DNA of 64,000 nucleotides from Clostridia bacterium (GTDB lineage Bacteria > Bacillota > Clostridia > UMGS1883 > UMGS1540): positions 7,617 through 71,616 of the forward strand of contig JAZSIR010000001.1 in the NCBI GenBank assembly GCA_045533905.1. Reading direction: 5' to 3'. Position 1 is the first letter of the stretch; each line of letters opens with the position of its first letter. The position numbers and the translations under genes were made by a program. This document shows, piece by piece, positions 8,968-17,400 of this stretch. Under the pieces are notes generated by a model. That model was not told the origin of the DNA and did no database searches. It saw only the letters and a program-made list of their open reading frames with translations.

Positions 8968-10059
8968 ATGAGTCTTGTAGAAATAAAAAATCTTACCAAG
9001 CGTTTCGGAGATAATCTTATTTGGGAGAATGTCAACGAATCTATCGAAAAAGGCGATGTGATAGTTATTGTCGGTAACTCGGGTTGCGGAAAGACAACTT
9101 TCCTTCGGTGTATCAATATGCTTGAAACACCTTCATCCGGTCAGATTTTCATTGATGGTGATGAAATAACTGCAGTCGGTGCTGATATTGATAAAATTCG
9201 CAGTAAAATGGGTATGGTGTATCAGAATTTCAATTTGTTCTCACATCTTACTGTACTTGAAAACATTATTAAGGCACCAATGGTGGTTAATAAGATTCCC
9301 AAGGAGCAGGCAATCAAGGAAGGTATGGAATATCTTCGTATGGTAGGTATGCAAGAGAAAGCAGATTTTATGCCCGATCAGCTTTCGGGCGGACAGAAAC
9401 AGCGTGTGGCAATTGCCCGTTGTCTTGCTATGAAGCCTGAAATCATTCTGTTTGACGAACCGACAAGCGCACTTGATCCTACAATGGTGGATGAGGTTCT
9501 TGCGGTTATTAGAAATCTTGCTAAGAGTGGGTTCACTTGTGTAATTGTAACCCACGAAATGGCATTTGCTAAAAGTGTGGCAAGTAAAATCATCTTCTTT
9601 GCTGACAGAGGAATTTATGAGGAGGCACCGCCTGTTGAGTTTTTTGAGCATCCCAAAAGAGAAAAAACAGTTGCCTTTGTTCGCAAACTCAAGACCTATA
9701 CCTACGAGTCTGAGGTTTGCAATATCGATCTTTATACACTTTTAGTTCAGGTCAACAATTATTGTAGTAAATATGCATTTCCGCTTAAATCTGCAAACCG
9801 TTTTCAATTAGTAGTGGAAGAACTTTTAACCTGTTTGCAAAGTATTGGCGGAGATGGCGAGATGAACTTGACTGTGGCGTATGAAGATACCACAGGCAAA
9901 AAAGAAATTATTTTGCGCGAAAAAGTGTGTAAGGGAAATATACTTGATGCGGAGCAGATGGACGAACTGAGTCTGATGCTTATTAAGAACTGTGCATCCG
10001 ATATTAAGCACTGCGTTGAAAACGGATATAATGTATTAACAATTGAAATAAAAGAATAG
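8968..10059 (+). CDS. Amino-acid ABC transporter ATP-binding protein, paralog 2, with the same extra C-terminal domain
   Basis: Walker A GNSGCGKTT, LSGGQKQRVAIARCL, ILFDEPTSALD, VTHEM. 363 aa, the same length as 2106-3197. Confidence 0.9.
   Translation: MSLVEIKNLTKRFGDNLIWENVNESIEKGDVIVIVGNSGCGKTTFLRCINMLETPSSGQIFIDGDEITAVGADIDKIRSKMGMVYQNFNLFSHLTVLENIIKAPMVVNKIPKEQAIKEGMEYLRMVGMQEKADFMPDQLSGGQKQRVAIARCLAMKPEIILFDEPTSALDPTMVDEVLAVIRNLAKSGFTCVIVTHEMAFAKSVASKIIFFADRGIYEEAPPVEFFEHPKREKTVAFVRKLKTYTYESEVCNIDLYTLLVQVNNYCSKYAFPLKSANRFQLVVEELLTCLQSIGGDGEMNLTVAYEDTTGKKEIILREKVCKGNILDAEQMDELSLMLIKNCASDIKHCVENGYNVLTIEIKE
9688..10056 (+). other. RsbW-like pseudo-kinase module fused to ABC ATPase 2
   Basis: NIDLYTLLVQVNNYCS / QLVVEELLTCL / MNLTVAYEDTTGKKEIILREK / IKHCVENGYNVLTIEIK are collinear with the kinase at 13992-14402. 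No N-box Asn and no GxGxG box. Confidence 0.5.
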
Positions 10060-10082
10060 AATTTTCGGCAAGTGAGGTTTTT

Positions 10083-11771
10083 ATGAAACGATTGTTGTAT
10101 GGCGGTACGGTTGTTAATGTGTTCACAGGCGAGCTTGAGCAAACGAACGTGCTGATAGAAAAAGATAAAATTGTAGGTGTTGGTGCATATTCTCCCGATG
10201 ATGCGGATATGACCGAGGATATTACAGGAAAGTACATATGCCCCGGATTTATTGACGGTCATATTCACATTGAAAGCACGATGTTGACACCCTCAGAGCT
10301 TGCAAGACTGTGTATGCCTCACGGAACTACCGCAATCGTTGCCGATCCTCACGAGATTGCCAATGTATGCGGTATGGATGGCATCAAATATATGATGGAA
10401 GCAAGTAGCGGTATCCCTCTCTCGGTTTATTTTACATTGCCTTCCTGCGTTCCCGCAACACCGTTTGATGAATCGGGTGCGGTGCTTGAGGCGGACGATA
10501 TCAGACCACTGTACGAAAACAAGCGAGTTGTAGGACTTGCCGAAATGATGAACTATCCCGGAGTTCTCCTTGGAACGAGCGATGTGTATAACAAAATCGG
10601 TGATGCAATAGAACACGGAAAAGTCATTGATGGCCACGCCCCCTTCTTGTCAGGAAAAGAACTTGATAAATACATTTGTGCAGGTATTACGAGTGACCAC
10701 GAGTGCTCGGATGTGGGTGAAGCGATAGAAAAAATCAGAAAAGGTCAATGGGTGATGATTCGCCAAGGAACGGCTGCTCGTAACCTTGCAGAGCTATTGC
10801 CATTGTTTGATGATGCTTATAGCCATAGATGCGTTCTTGTCACCGATGACCGTCATCCCGCAGACCTTATAAGAGACGGACATATTGATAATATCATCCG
10901 TCTTGCCGCCCGAGGCGGGAAATCAGTTATTACGGCAATTAAAATGGCTACGATACAGGCAGCTCAGTGCTTCGGTTTGCGATTCGTTGGGGCTGTTGCT
11001 CCCGGTTACCGTGCAGATCTTCTTGTACTAAACGACCTTAATGCAGTTGATATTGAAGACGTTTATTCAAAGGGAGAAAAGGTTGTAGAGCGAGGGCAAA
11101 TGAAAGCGTTTGACCGTCCCAAAATTGACGGGGGGTTGTGCGAAACAGTACATAACTCGTTCCATACAAAAGAATTGACGATTGCTGATTTTCACATTGA
11201 AGAAAATAGCAACAAATGTCGAGTGATAGAGATTATTCCCGGTCAGCTTCTCACGGGGGAACAAGTGTGTGAGATTGATTGGAGCAAGAGGAACGGCATT
11301 GACACCACGAGAGACATTCTTAAACTCGCGGTTATTGAAAGACACAAAAACACAGGTCATATTGGACTTGGCTTTATTAAGGGTATTGGAATAAAAAATG
11401 GTGCTATTGCATCCTCCGTATCTCACGATTCACACAATATTATTGTGATTGGCTCAAATGACGAGAATATGGTGATTGCCGCAAATAACATCCGTAAGAA
11501 TGGTGGTAATGTAGTTGTTTCTGCCGGAAAGATTATTGCCGACATGGCATTGCCGATAGCAGGTCTTATGACCAATCTTTCAGGCGAGGAAATTGCCCTT
11601 GCCAATGAAAATGTACGCAAAGCCGTGTATGAGCTTGGCGTGTCGAGGAATATCGAACCTTTTATGAATATGGCGTTTGTGAGTCTGCCTGTAATTCCGT
11701 CACTCAAAATGACGACGCAGGGGCTTGTGAACGTAGATAAACAAGAAAGAATATCGCTTTACTGCGATTAA
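10083..11771 (+). CDS. ade: Adenine deaminase
   Basis: 562 aa. Amidohydrolase HxH motif in GFIDGHIHIESTMLTP. Length and layout match the adenine deaminase family. Confidence 0.85.
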   Translation: MKRLLYGGTVVNVFTGELEQTNVLIEKDKIVGVGAYSPDDADMTEDITGKYICPGFIDGHIHIESTMLTPSELARLCMPHGTTAIVADPHEIANVCGMDGIKYMMEASSGIPLSVYFTLPSCVPATPFDESGAVLEADDIRPLYENKRVVGLAEMMNYPGVLLGTSDVYNKIGDAIEHGKVIDGHAPFLSGKELDKYICAGITSDHECSDVGEAIEKIRKGQWVMIRQGTAARNLAELLPLFDDAYSHRCVLVTDDRHPADLIRDGHIDNIIRLAARGGKSVITAIKMATIQAAQCFGLRFVGAVAPGYRADLLVLNDLNAVDIEDVYSKGEKVVERGQMKAFDRPKIDGGLCETVHNSFHTKELTIADFHIEENSNKCRVIEIIPGQLLTGEQVCEIDWSKRNGIDTTRDILKLAVIERHKNTGHIGLGFIKGIGIKNGAIASSVSHDSHNIIVIGSNDENMVIAANNIRKNGGNVVVSAGKIIADMALPIAGLMTNLSGEEIALANENVRKAVYELGVSRNIEPFMNMAFVSLPVIPSLKMTTQGLVNVDKQERISLYCD

Positions 11772-11804
11772 AAATAATAATAATTTAGAAAGAGGTAATT
11801 TATA

Positions 11805-12101
11805 ATGACTATCGAAAAGAACTTAAGCGGTACAGAACTTAATGTAAAGGTGTCAGGCAGACTTGACACAACAACCGCACCGGAACTTGAAGCAGAAGTT
11901 ATGGGCGCAATCTCAGGTGTAACAAAACTTGTACTTAACTTTGAAGCACTTGAGTACCTTTCATCTGCAGGACTCAGAGTACTGCTTCAGGTACAAAAGA
12001 TAATGAACAAGCAGGGTGAGATGATTATTAAGAACGTAAACGAAACAATCAATGAGATTTTTGAAGTAACAGGATTCATTGATATTCTGACGATTGAATA
12101 A
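11805..12101 (+). CDS. STAS-domain anti-sigma-factor antagonist, copy 2
   Basis: 98 aa paralog of 6385-6681. Same LEYLSSAGLRVLL loop. The last 32 aa are identical to copy 1. Confidence 0.85.
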   Translation: MTIEKNLSGTELNVKVSGRLDTTTAPELEAEVMGAISGVTKLVLNFEALEYLSSAGLRVLLQVQKIMNKQGEMIIKNVNETINEIFEVTGFIDILTIE

Positions 12102-12144
12102 GGTGAACTCCAATGAACCAAACAAGTATTGGAGGGATATACCT

Positions 12145-13995
12145 ATGAAACCAAAAAAGCAAACAAGCATTTCCTACAACTTCCTAAAATGGCTCTTATT
12201 CTTGATGCTCGTCGCCTTTATTGCCACAACCGTGTTCCTGTGGGTATTCCAAACACGACTCGCAAACAACAATGCCGACAATCTCTTGCGGTTGAACATC
12301 ACTGATGTCAAGGCAGACATAAAAGACGCCACCAACGACCATATGCTTGAGATCGTTCGCAACATATCGGCAGAGCTTGACGATATAGATGCAGATACCG
12401 CATCAGAAGAAGAAATGAGTGCACGAATTGCGGAAATGCTCACACGGTACGATGTAACGGAGATTGATATTATCAACAGTAAAGGTATCATCGTGGCGTG
12501 TAATATCGAATCTTTCGTCGGCTTCGATATGGCATCGGGCGAGCAATCCAAAGAGTTCTTGGTGTTGCTCGAAGGCGAAAAGGAAATGGTGCAGGAATTT
12601 CAAGCTCAGTCCTATGACAGCTCCATTGAGCGTAAGTATGCAGGCGCATCGCTTACAAACGGCGGTCTTGTGCAGATTGGTTATGACTACGCGCATTTGC
12701 AGGCGAGCGTTGACCACGAGGTTGTTTCGCTCACCCGTAACCGTCACGTGGGCAACAACGGACGAGTTCTGATTGTTGACCAAGATAAAAACATTGTCAG
12801 CAATGTCAAAGGAATTGACCGTAAAAAACTTGATTTAGAAGCGTTCGGAATAAAACCCGGCTCTGTTCAATCAGGACAACGTGTTACCGCAAACGTAGAG
12901 GGTGTTGATTTCTACTGTATGGCAGAAATGGCCGAAGGCTACTACATTATATCCGCAATACCGGTTAAAGAAGTAACCATCACACGAAATATGGTTGTCA
13001 TTATGGCAGTTGCGGTTGAAATGCTGATATTTATTGCCCTGACGCTTCTTGTCTATCTTTTGATAAAGAAACAGATCGTCGTCAGCGTGAACCGTATCAA
13101 CCATTCGCTATCGGAGATCACAAACGGAAACCTTGATGTTACGATGGACGTGCGTAACAATTTGGAATTTGACTCACTTTCCAACGACATCAACGCAACG
13201 GTAGATACTTTGAAGCGGTACATCAAGGATGCAGAAGAACGCATCGACGCAGAGCTTGCCTTTGCAAAAGCCATTCAGCACTCGGCGTTGCCGTCTGTAT
13301 TCCCGCCTTATCCGAATAGAAAAGAGTTCGAGATCTTCGCCACGATGCACACGGCAAAAGAGGTTGGCGGTGATTTCTACGATTTCTATTTTGTAGACGA
13401 AGATAACCTTGCGTTCTTGATAGCAGACGTATCCGGCAAGGGTGTCCCTGCGGCAATGTTTATGATGCAATCCAAGACCATCATCAAGAGCTGTGCCGAG
13501 TCGGGCATGAGCGTTGAGCAGGTATTCACCGTTGCCAACGAAAAGCTCTGCGAGGGCAATGATGCAGGTATGTTCGTTACCGCCTGGATGGGTATTCTGA
13601 ATACCAAAACCGGCAAGGTACTCTTTGCCAATGCCGGACATAACCCGCCTCTTGTCAAACACGCAGACGGTACATACGAATATCTCAAATCCCGTGCAGG
13701 TTTTGTGCTTGCAGGTATGGAGGGTGTTCGCTACCGCAAGAATGAAGTTGAGCTTGCACCCGGTGATGCGATTTATCTCTACACCGACGGTGTTACCGAA
13801 GCAACCGATCTGAACACCGAGCTTTACGGAGAAGATCGTCTGCATATCGTTCTTGAAAAATACAAAGATGCAGCACCGCAAGTGATCTGTGATGAAGTCA
13901 AAAAGGATGTAGACGCCTTCGTCGGGGAAGCTCCGCAGTTTGATGACATTACAATGCTTGCGCTGAAATACTACGGGAAGGAGGATGCACAATGA
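12145..13995 (+). CDS. Membrane sensor PP2C/SpoIIE-family serine phosphatase (RsbU-like): TM, extracytoplasmic domain, TM, HAMP-like linker, PP2C
   Basis: ATG at 12145 lies 8 nt after GGAGGG; the track ORF starts earlier at a TTG. Two TM segments flank about 270 aa. PP2C motifs GGDFYDF, ADVSGKGVPAA, TDGVTEA, FDDITML. Confidence 0.85.
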   Translation: MKPKKQTSISYNFLKWLLFLMLVAFIATTVFLWVFQTRLANNNADNLLRLNITDVKADIKDATNDHMLEIVRNISAELDDIDADTASEEEMSARIAEMLTRYDVTEIDIINSKGIIVACNIESFVGFDMASGEQSKEFLVLLEGEKEMVQEFQAQSYDSSIERKYAGASLTNGGLVQIGYDYAHLQASVDHEVVSLTRNRHVGNNGRVLIVDQDKNIVSNVKGIDRKKLDLEAFGIKPGSVQSGQRVTANVEGVDFYCMAEMAEGYYIISAIPVKEVTITRNMVVIMAVAVEMLIFIALTLLVYLLIKKQIVVSVNRINHSLSEITNGNLDVTMDVRNNLEFDSLSNDINATVDTLKRYIKDAEERIDAELAFAKAIQHSALPSVFPPYPNRKEFEIFATMHTAKEVGGDFYDFYFVDEDNLAFLIADVSGKGVPAAMFMMQSKTIIKSCAESGMSVEQVFTVANEKLCEGNDAGMFVTAWMGILNTKTGKVLFANAGHNPPLVKHADGTYEYLKSRAGFVLAGMEGVRYRKNEVELAPGDAIYLYTDGVTEATDLNTELYGEDRLHIVLEKYKDAAPQVICDEVKKDVDAFVGEAPQFDDITMLALKYYGKEDAQ

Positions 13996-14402
13996 AAGAA
14001 CTAACCATTGCCGCAACAGTAGAAAACATTGAAACTGTAACGGACTTCGTAAACGAACAGCTTGAAGCGTTTGATTGCCCTATGAAAGCACAGATGCAGA
14101 TCGACATTGCCATCGACGAGCTTTTCGGCAACATTGCGCACTATGCGTACAATCCCGATGTAGGAGAAGCGACCGTTCGCGTGGAGGTTACCGAAGATCC
14201 TCTTGCCGTGGTAATCACCTTTATTGATAACGGCGTACCTTACGATCCTCTTGCAAAAGCCGAGCCCGACACAACGCTTTCCGCAGAGGAAAGAGACATC
14301 GGTGGTCTTGGCATCTATATGGTGAAGAAGTCTATGGACGACATTGCCTATGAATACAAAGACGGACACAACATTTTGAAAATCAAGAAGAATTTGAATT
14401 AA
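13992..14402 (+). CDS. Anti-sigma regulatory factor-type Ser/Thr kinase (RsbW/SpoIIAB-like, GHKL ATPase)
   Basis: 136 aa. N-box DELFGNIAHY, G1-like IDNGVPYDP, G2 GGLGIYMV. ATGA overlap with the phosphatase gene. Confidence 0.8.
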   Translation: MKELTIAATVENIETVTDFVNEQLEAFDCPMKAQMQIDIAIDELFGNIAHYAYNPDVGEATVRVEVTEDPLAVVITFIDNGVPYDPLAKAEPDTTLSAEERDIGGLGIYMVKKSMDDIAYEYKDGHNILKIKKNLN

Positions 14403-14415
14403 AGGATTATTGCAA

Positions 14416-16602
14416 ATGAAGAACTTAAACAAAAAACTTTTGACCTTCGGTATAGTTTTGTGTATGCTTCTCTCGTGTTTTTCGGGAGTGGTATTTGCAA
14501 AGGATATCGAAACAATCGTTATTCTTTATGAAAACGATGTTCATTGTGCAGTAGAGGGTTATTCTAAACTTGCAGCAATGAAAAATGAATTATCAGAAGA
14601 TTATGAATATGTAGGCGTTGTATCCTCCGGCGACTTTGTTCAGGGCGGAACTCTTGGTGCAGTTTCTCGTGGTGAATACATAGTAAGCCTTATGAACCTT
14701 GTGGGATATGATGCCGTAACACTTGGTAATCACGAATTTGATTATAAGCTCCCACGCCTTGATGAACTTGCAGAATTGATGAACACCGAACCTATCTCTT
14801 GTAACTTTCAAAAGATAGGTGAAACTGAATCATATTTTGAGCCGTATTCCATCGTAACCTACGGTGATGTGGATATAGCATATATCGGTATCACAACACC
14901 ATCTACATTGTCCTCATCGTCACCTGCACAGTTTAAGGGTGAAAATGGTGAGTATATTTACACATTCAATGTAGATACCCTTTACGATGTGGTACAGGCA
15001 AGTATTGATTCTGCAAAGGAAGATGGTGCTGATTACATAATCGCCCTTTCTCATATTGGATATGAAGAAGATGAGCAGTATGAGGATGTTGTTGACTTAA
15101 TTGAAAACACATACGGATTTGATGTTGTTCTTGATGCTCATTCTCACTCTGTTATTGAAAATATGAAGCTGACCGATGAGGGCGGAAATGAGGTTGTTCT
15201 TACCTCAACAGGCACAAAGTTTGAAAATATCGGCAAGCTTACAATTTCAGGCGGTGAGATAACAACAGAGCTTATAGAAACTGAGAACTACACAAACACA
15301 GATACAACCGTTGATGCAAAACTTGCGGAAATAAACGAAGCATATTCTGCTCTCGGTAATCGCAAGATTGGTGAAAGCGAAATAGAGCTTATCACGAACG
15401 ATGCGGACGGAAACCGCCTTGTTAGGACAACAGAAACCAATCTCGGCAATTTGTGTGCAGATGCAATTAAAACAGTAACGAAAGCTGATATTGCCTATGT
15501 AAACGGCGGCGGAATCCGTGCACCGATTGAAATTGGCGAAGTATCGTTCAATGACATTTTTAGTGTTTTTCCATTTAACAATCAGATTGTTGTAGCAGAA
15601 ATGACAGGTCAGAAAATACGCGATATGCTTGAAATGTCACTTATGAATTATCCGGCAGAAGATGGCTCTTTCCCTCATGTTGCAGGACTAACATTTTCGG
15701 TTAATAAATCCATTCCAACATCTGTTAAAACAGACGAAAACACAGTTTTTACAGGCGTTGACGGTGAGTATAGAGTTTATGATATTAAAGTATTAAATGA
15801 AGACACAGGCGAATACGAGCCTATTAAACTCGACGGAACATACTCCTTTGCAAGCTTCAACTACTTTGTTTTAGACCAAGGCGGCGGTATGAGTATGTTT
15901 GACGGTGTAAAAATATTAAAGAATGACGGAATGCTTGATGTTGAAGCGTTAGAAACATACATCACAGAAAACCTTGGCGGTGTTATCGGCGAAGAATATG
16001 CAGAGGTAGATAACAGAATCAACTTTACAGACGGTGAAGATGCACTTAATAAGTTCACCGATTTGTCCGATGATGCTTGGTATAGTGATTCTGCAAAGTA
16101 TGTTTTGGAAAACGGTCTTATGAAAGGCGTAACAGATACCACCTTTGCACCAAACGAAAACTTAACAAGAGCAATGCTTGTTACAGTTCTTTACCGTGCA
16201 GAAAATGAACCTGCCACAAACCGCAGCATTCCTTTCTCTGATGTTGATACGGGTGCTTACTATGCAAGTGCAGTTTCTTGGGCAAAGCAGAACGGTATTG
16301 TAAACGGTGTAACAGAAACAGAATTTGCACCGAATGACAATATCACCCGTGAACAGATTGCGGCAATTATGCACAGATACGCACAGTACAAGGGTTATGA
16401 TGTCAGCGTAGGAGAAAACACAAATATTCTTTCCTATGACGATTTTGACAGCATTTCCGAGTATGCAATAGCTTCTATGCAGTACGCTTGCGGCAGCGGC
16501 TTGATTAAGGGTAAATCAGAAAGCACCCCCAATCCGCTTGATAATGCTACAAGAGCAGAAATAGCAGCAATACTTCACAGATTTATTGAAGTGAATAAGT
16601 AA
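14416..16602 (+). CDS. Secreted 5'-nucleotidase/metallophosphoesterase anchored by three C-terminal SLH domains
   Basis: Signal peptide MKNLNKKLLTFGIVLCMLLSCFSGVVFA. Calcineurin-like motifs GDFVQGG and GNHEFD. C-terminal SLH repeats (FTDLSDDAWY..., FSDVDTGAYY..., FDSISEYA...). Confidence 0.85.
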   Translation: MKNLNKKLLTFGIVLCMLLSCFSGVVFAKDIETIVILYENDVHCAVEGYSKLAAMKNELSEDYEYVGVVSSGDFVQGGTLGAVSRGEYIVSLMNLVGYDAVTLGNHEFDYKLPRLDELAELMNTEPISCNFQKIGETESYFEPYSIVTYGDVDIAYIGITTPSTLSSSSPAQFKGENGEYIYTFNVDTLYDVVQASIDSAKEDGADYIIALSHIGYEEDEQYEDVVDLIENTYGFDVVLDAHSHSVIENMKLTDEGGNEVVLTSTGTKFENIGKLTISGGEITTELIETENYTNTDTTVDAKLAEINEAYSALGNRKIGESEIELITNDADGNRLVRTTETNLGNLCADAIKTVTKADIAYVNGGGIRAPIEIGEVSFNDIFSVFPFNNQIVVAEMTGQKIRDMLEMSLMNYPAEDGSFPHVAGLTFSVNKSIPTSVKTDENTVFTGVDGEYRVYDIKVLNEDTGEYEPIKLDGTYSFASFNYFVLDQGGGMSMFDGVKILKNDGMLDVEALETYITENLGGVIGEEYAEVDNRINFTDGEDALNKFTDLSDDAWYSDSAKYVLENGLMKGVTDTTFAPNENLTRAMLVTVLYRAENEPATNRSIPFSDVDTGAYYASAVSWAKQNGIVNGVTETEFAPNDNITREQIAAIMHRYAQYKGYDVSVGENTNILSYDDFDSISEYAIASMQYACGSGLIKGKSESTPNPLDNATRAEIAAILHRFIEVNK

Positions 16603-16620
16603 ATAGCAAAATGGCACTAA

Positions 16621-16648
16621 GGAGTGAGTCGAAAGGCTCACTCCTTTT
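16621..16648 (+). terminator. Rho-independent terminator ending the 16.6-kb + strand gene array
   Basis: GGAGTGAG-tcgaaagg-CTCACTCC followed by TTTT. Confidence 0.7.
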
Positions 16649-16784
16649 ACATACCCTCATATTAAAATATGGTCCACATTAATCAAAGAAAAGGACTTTG
16701 AAAAAACTTCGTAGACTTATGTCATCTTCTGTGGTATGTTTGTGTTGCCGAAAAGGTAAATACAAATTTAGGAGATGAAATTTT

Positions 16785-17339
16785 ATGAAGAAAAAAGTAT
16801 TATGTACGGCATTGGCAGTGACTATGTTGCTAACAACAACTGCATCGGCAACTGCAAAACCTTGGTGGCTCAGTAAATACCGAGTAACTTTCGACAATGA
16901 ACTTGGAATCGTAGGAAATGTAACCTTAACCTTCGCCTCAGACGGCGGTAGCTTTATCAGGCCAATAACCAAAAGATATGGCGAGAGCATCAGTCTTGAA
17001 AGTTATGTACCAACAAAATACGGTTACACATTCAAAGGATGGTTCACAGATCCAAGAACAAAGCAAAATCAGGTAACAACATTCAAATTCACAAAGCCTG
17101 ATGTGCTTTACGCTAAGTGGCAGCCTAACCCACAGGAGCCTATAAATCCGAATGACGAAATCATAGCAAAAGATACCTGCTACCTCACGGACGAAGAAAC
17201 AAAAATACGAAATGAAATTATAGAAGAAAAGAATAAGACATACATCGAAGGCTTCGGTTATGTAGCTCCAAGTAAAACAAAAACAATCATCGTAGACTCA
17301 GGCGGTGATATAAATAAAATGGTCGGCACAATGGAATAA
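16785..17339 (+). CDS. Small secreted protein with one Listeria-Bacteroides-type repeat
   Basis: Signal-like N-terminus MKKKVLCTALAVTMLLTTTASA. Repeat signature YGYTFKGWFTDP. RBS AGGAGA. Confidence 0.6.
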   Translation: MKKKVLCTALAVTMLLTTTASATAKPWWLSKYRVTFDNELGIVGNVTLTFASDGGSFIRPITKRYGESISLESYVPTKYGYTFKGWFTDPRTKQNQVTTFKFTKPDVLYAKWQPNPQEPINPNDEIIAKDTCYLTDEETKIRNEIIEEKNKTYIEGFGYVAPSKTKTIIVDSGGDINKMVGTME

Positions 17340-17355
17340 AAAGAATAACTTAAAT

Positions 17356-17395
17356 GGCGGTATGCTCGAGATTACCTCGAACATACCGCCGTTTT
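17356..17395. terminator. Hairpin terminator between convergent genes
   Basis: GGCGGTATGcTCGAG-attac-CTCGAaCATACCGCC followed by GTTTT. Confidence 0.6.
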
Positions 17396-17400
17396 GTATC

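Noticed and set aside
13174-14016. 280-aa minus-strand ORF inside the PP2C phosphatase gene
   Set aside because: Antisense to a gene with clear PP2C motifs. It has no RBS or motifs of its own.
1-16602. Search for a sigma factor or anti-sigma target gene belonging to the partner-switching module
   Set aside because: Every ORF of meaningful size in the array is accounted for by transporter, enzyme, STAS, phosphatase or kinase assignments. None shows sigma region 2/4-like sequence.
16628-16642. GTCGAAAGGCTCAC resembles the GGCGAAAGCCTCGT core of the direct repeats (possible third att copy)
   Set aside because: The orientation is opposite, only about 10 of 14 nt match, and the sequence is fully explained as the stem-loop of the terminator at 16621-16648.
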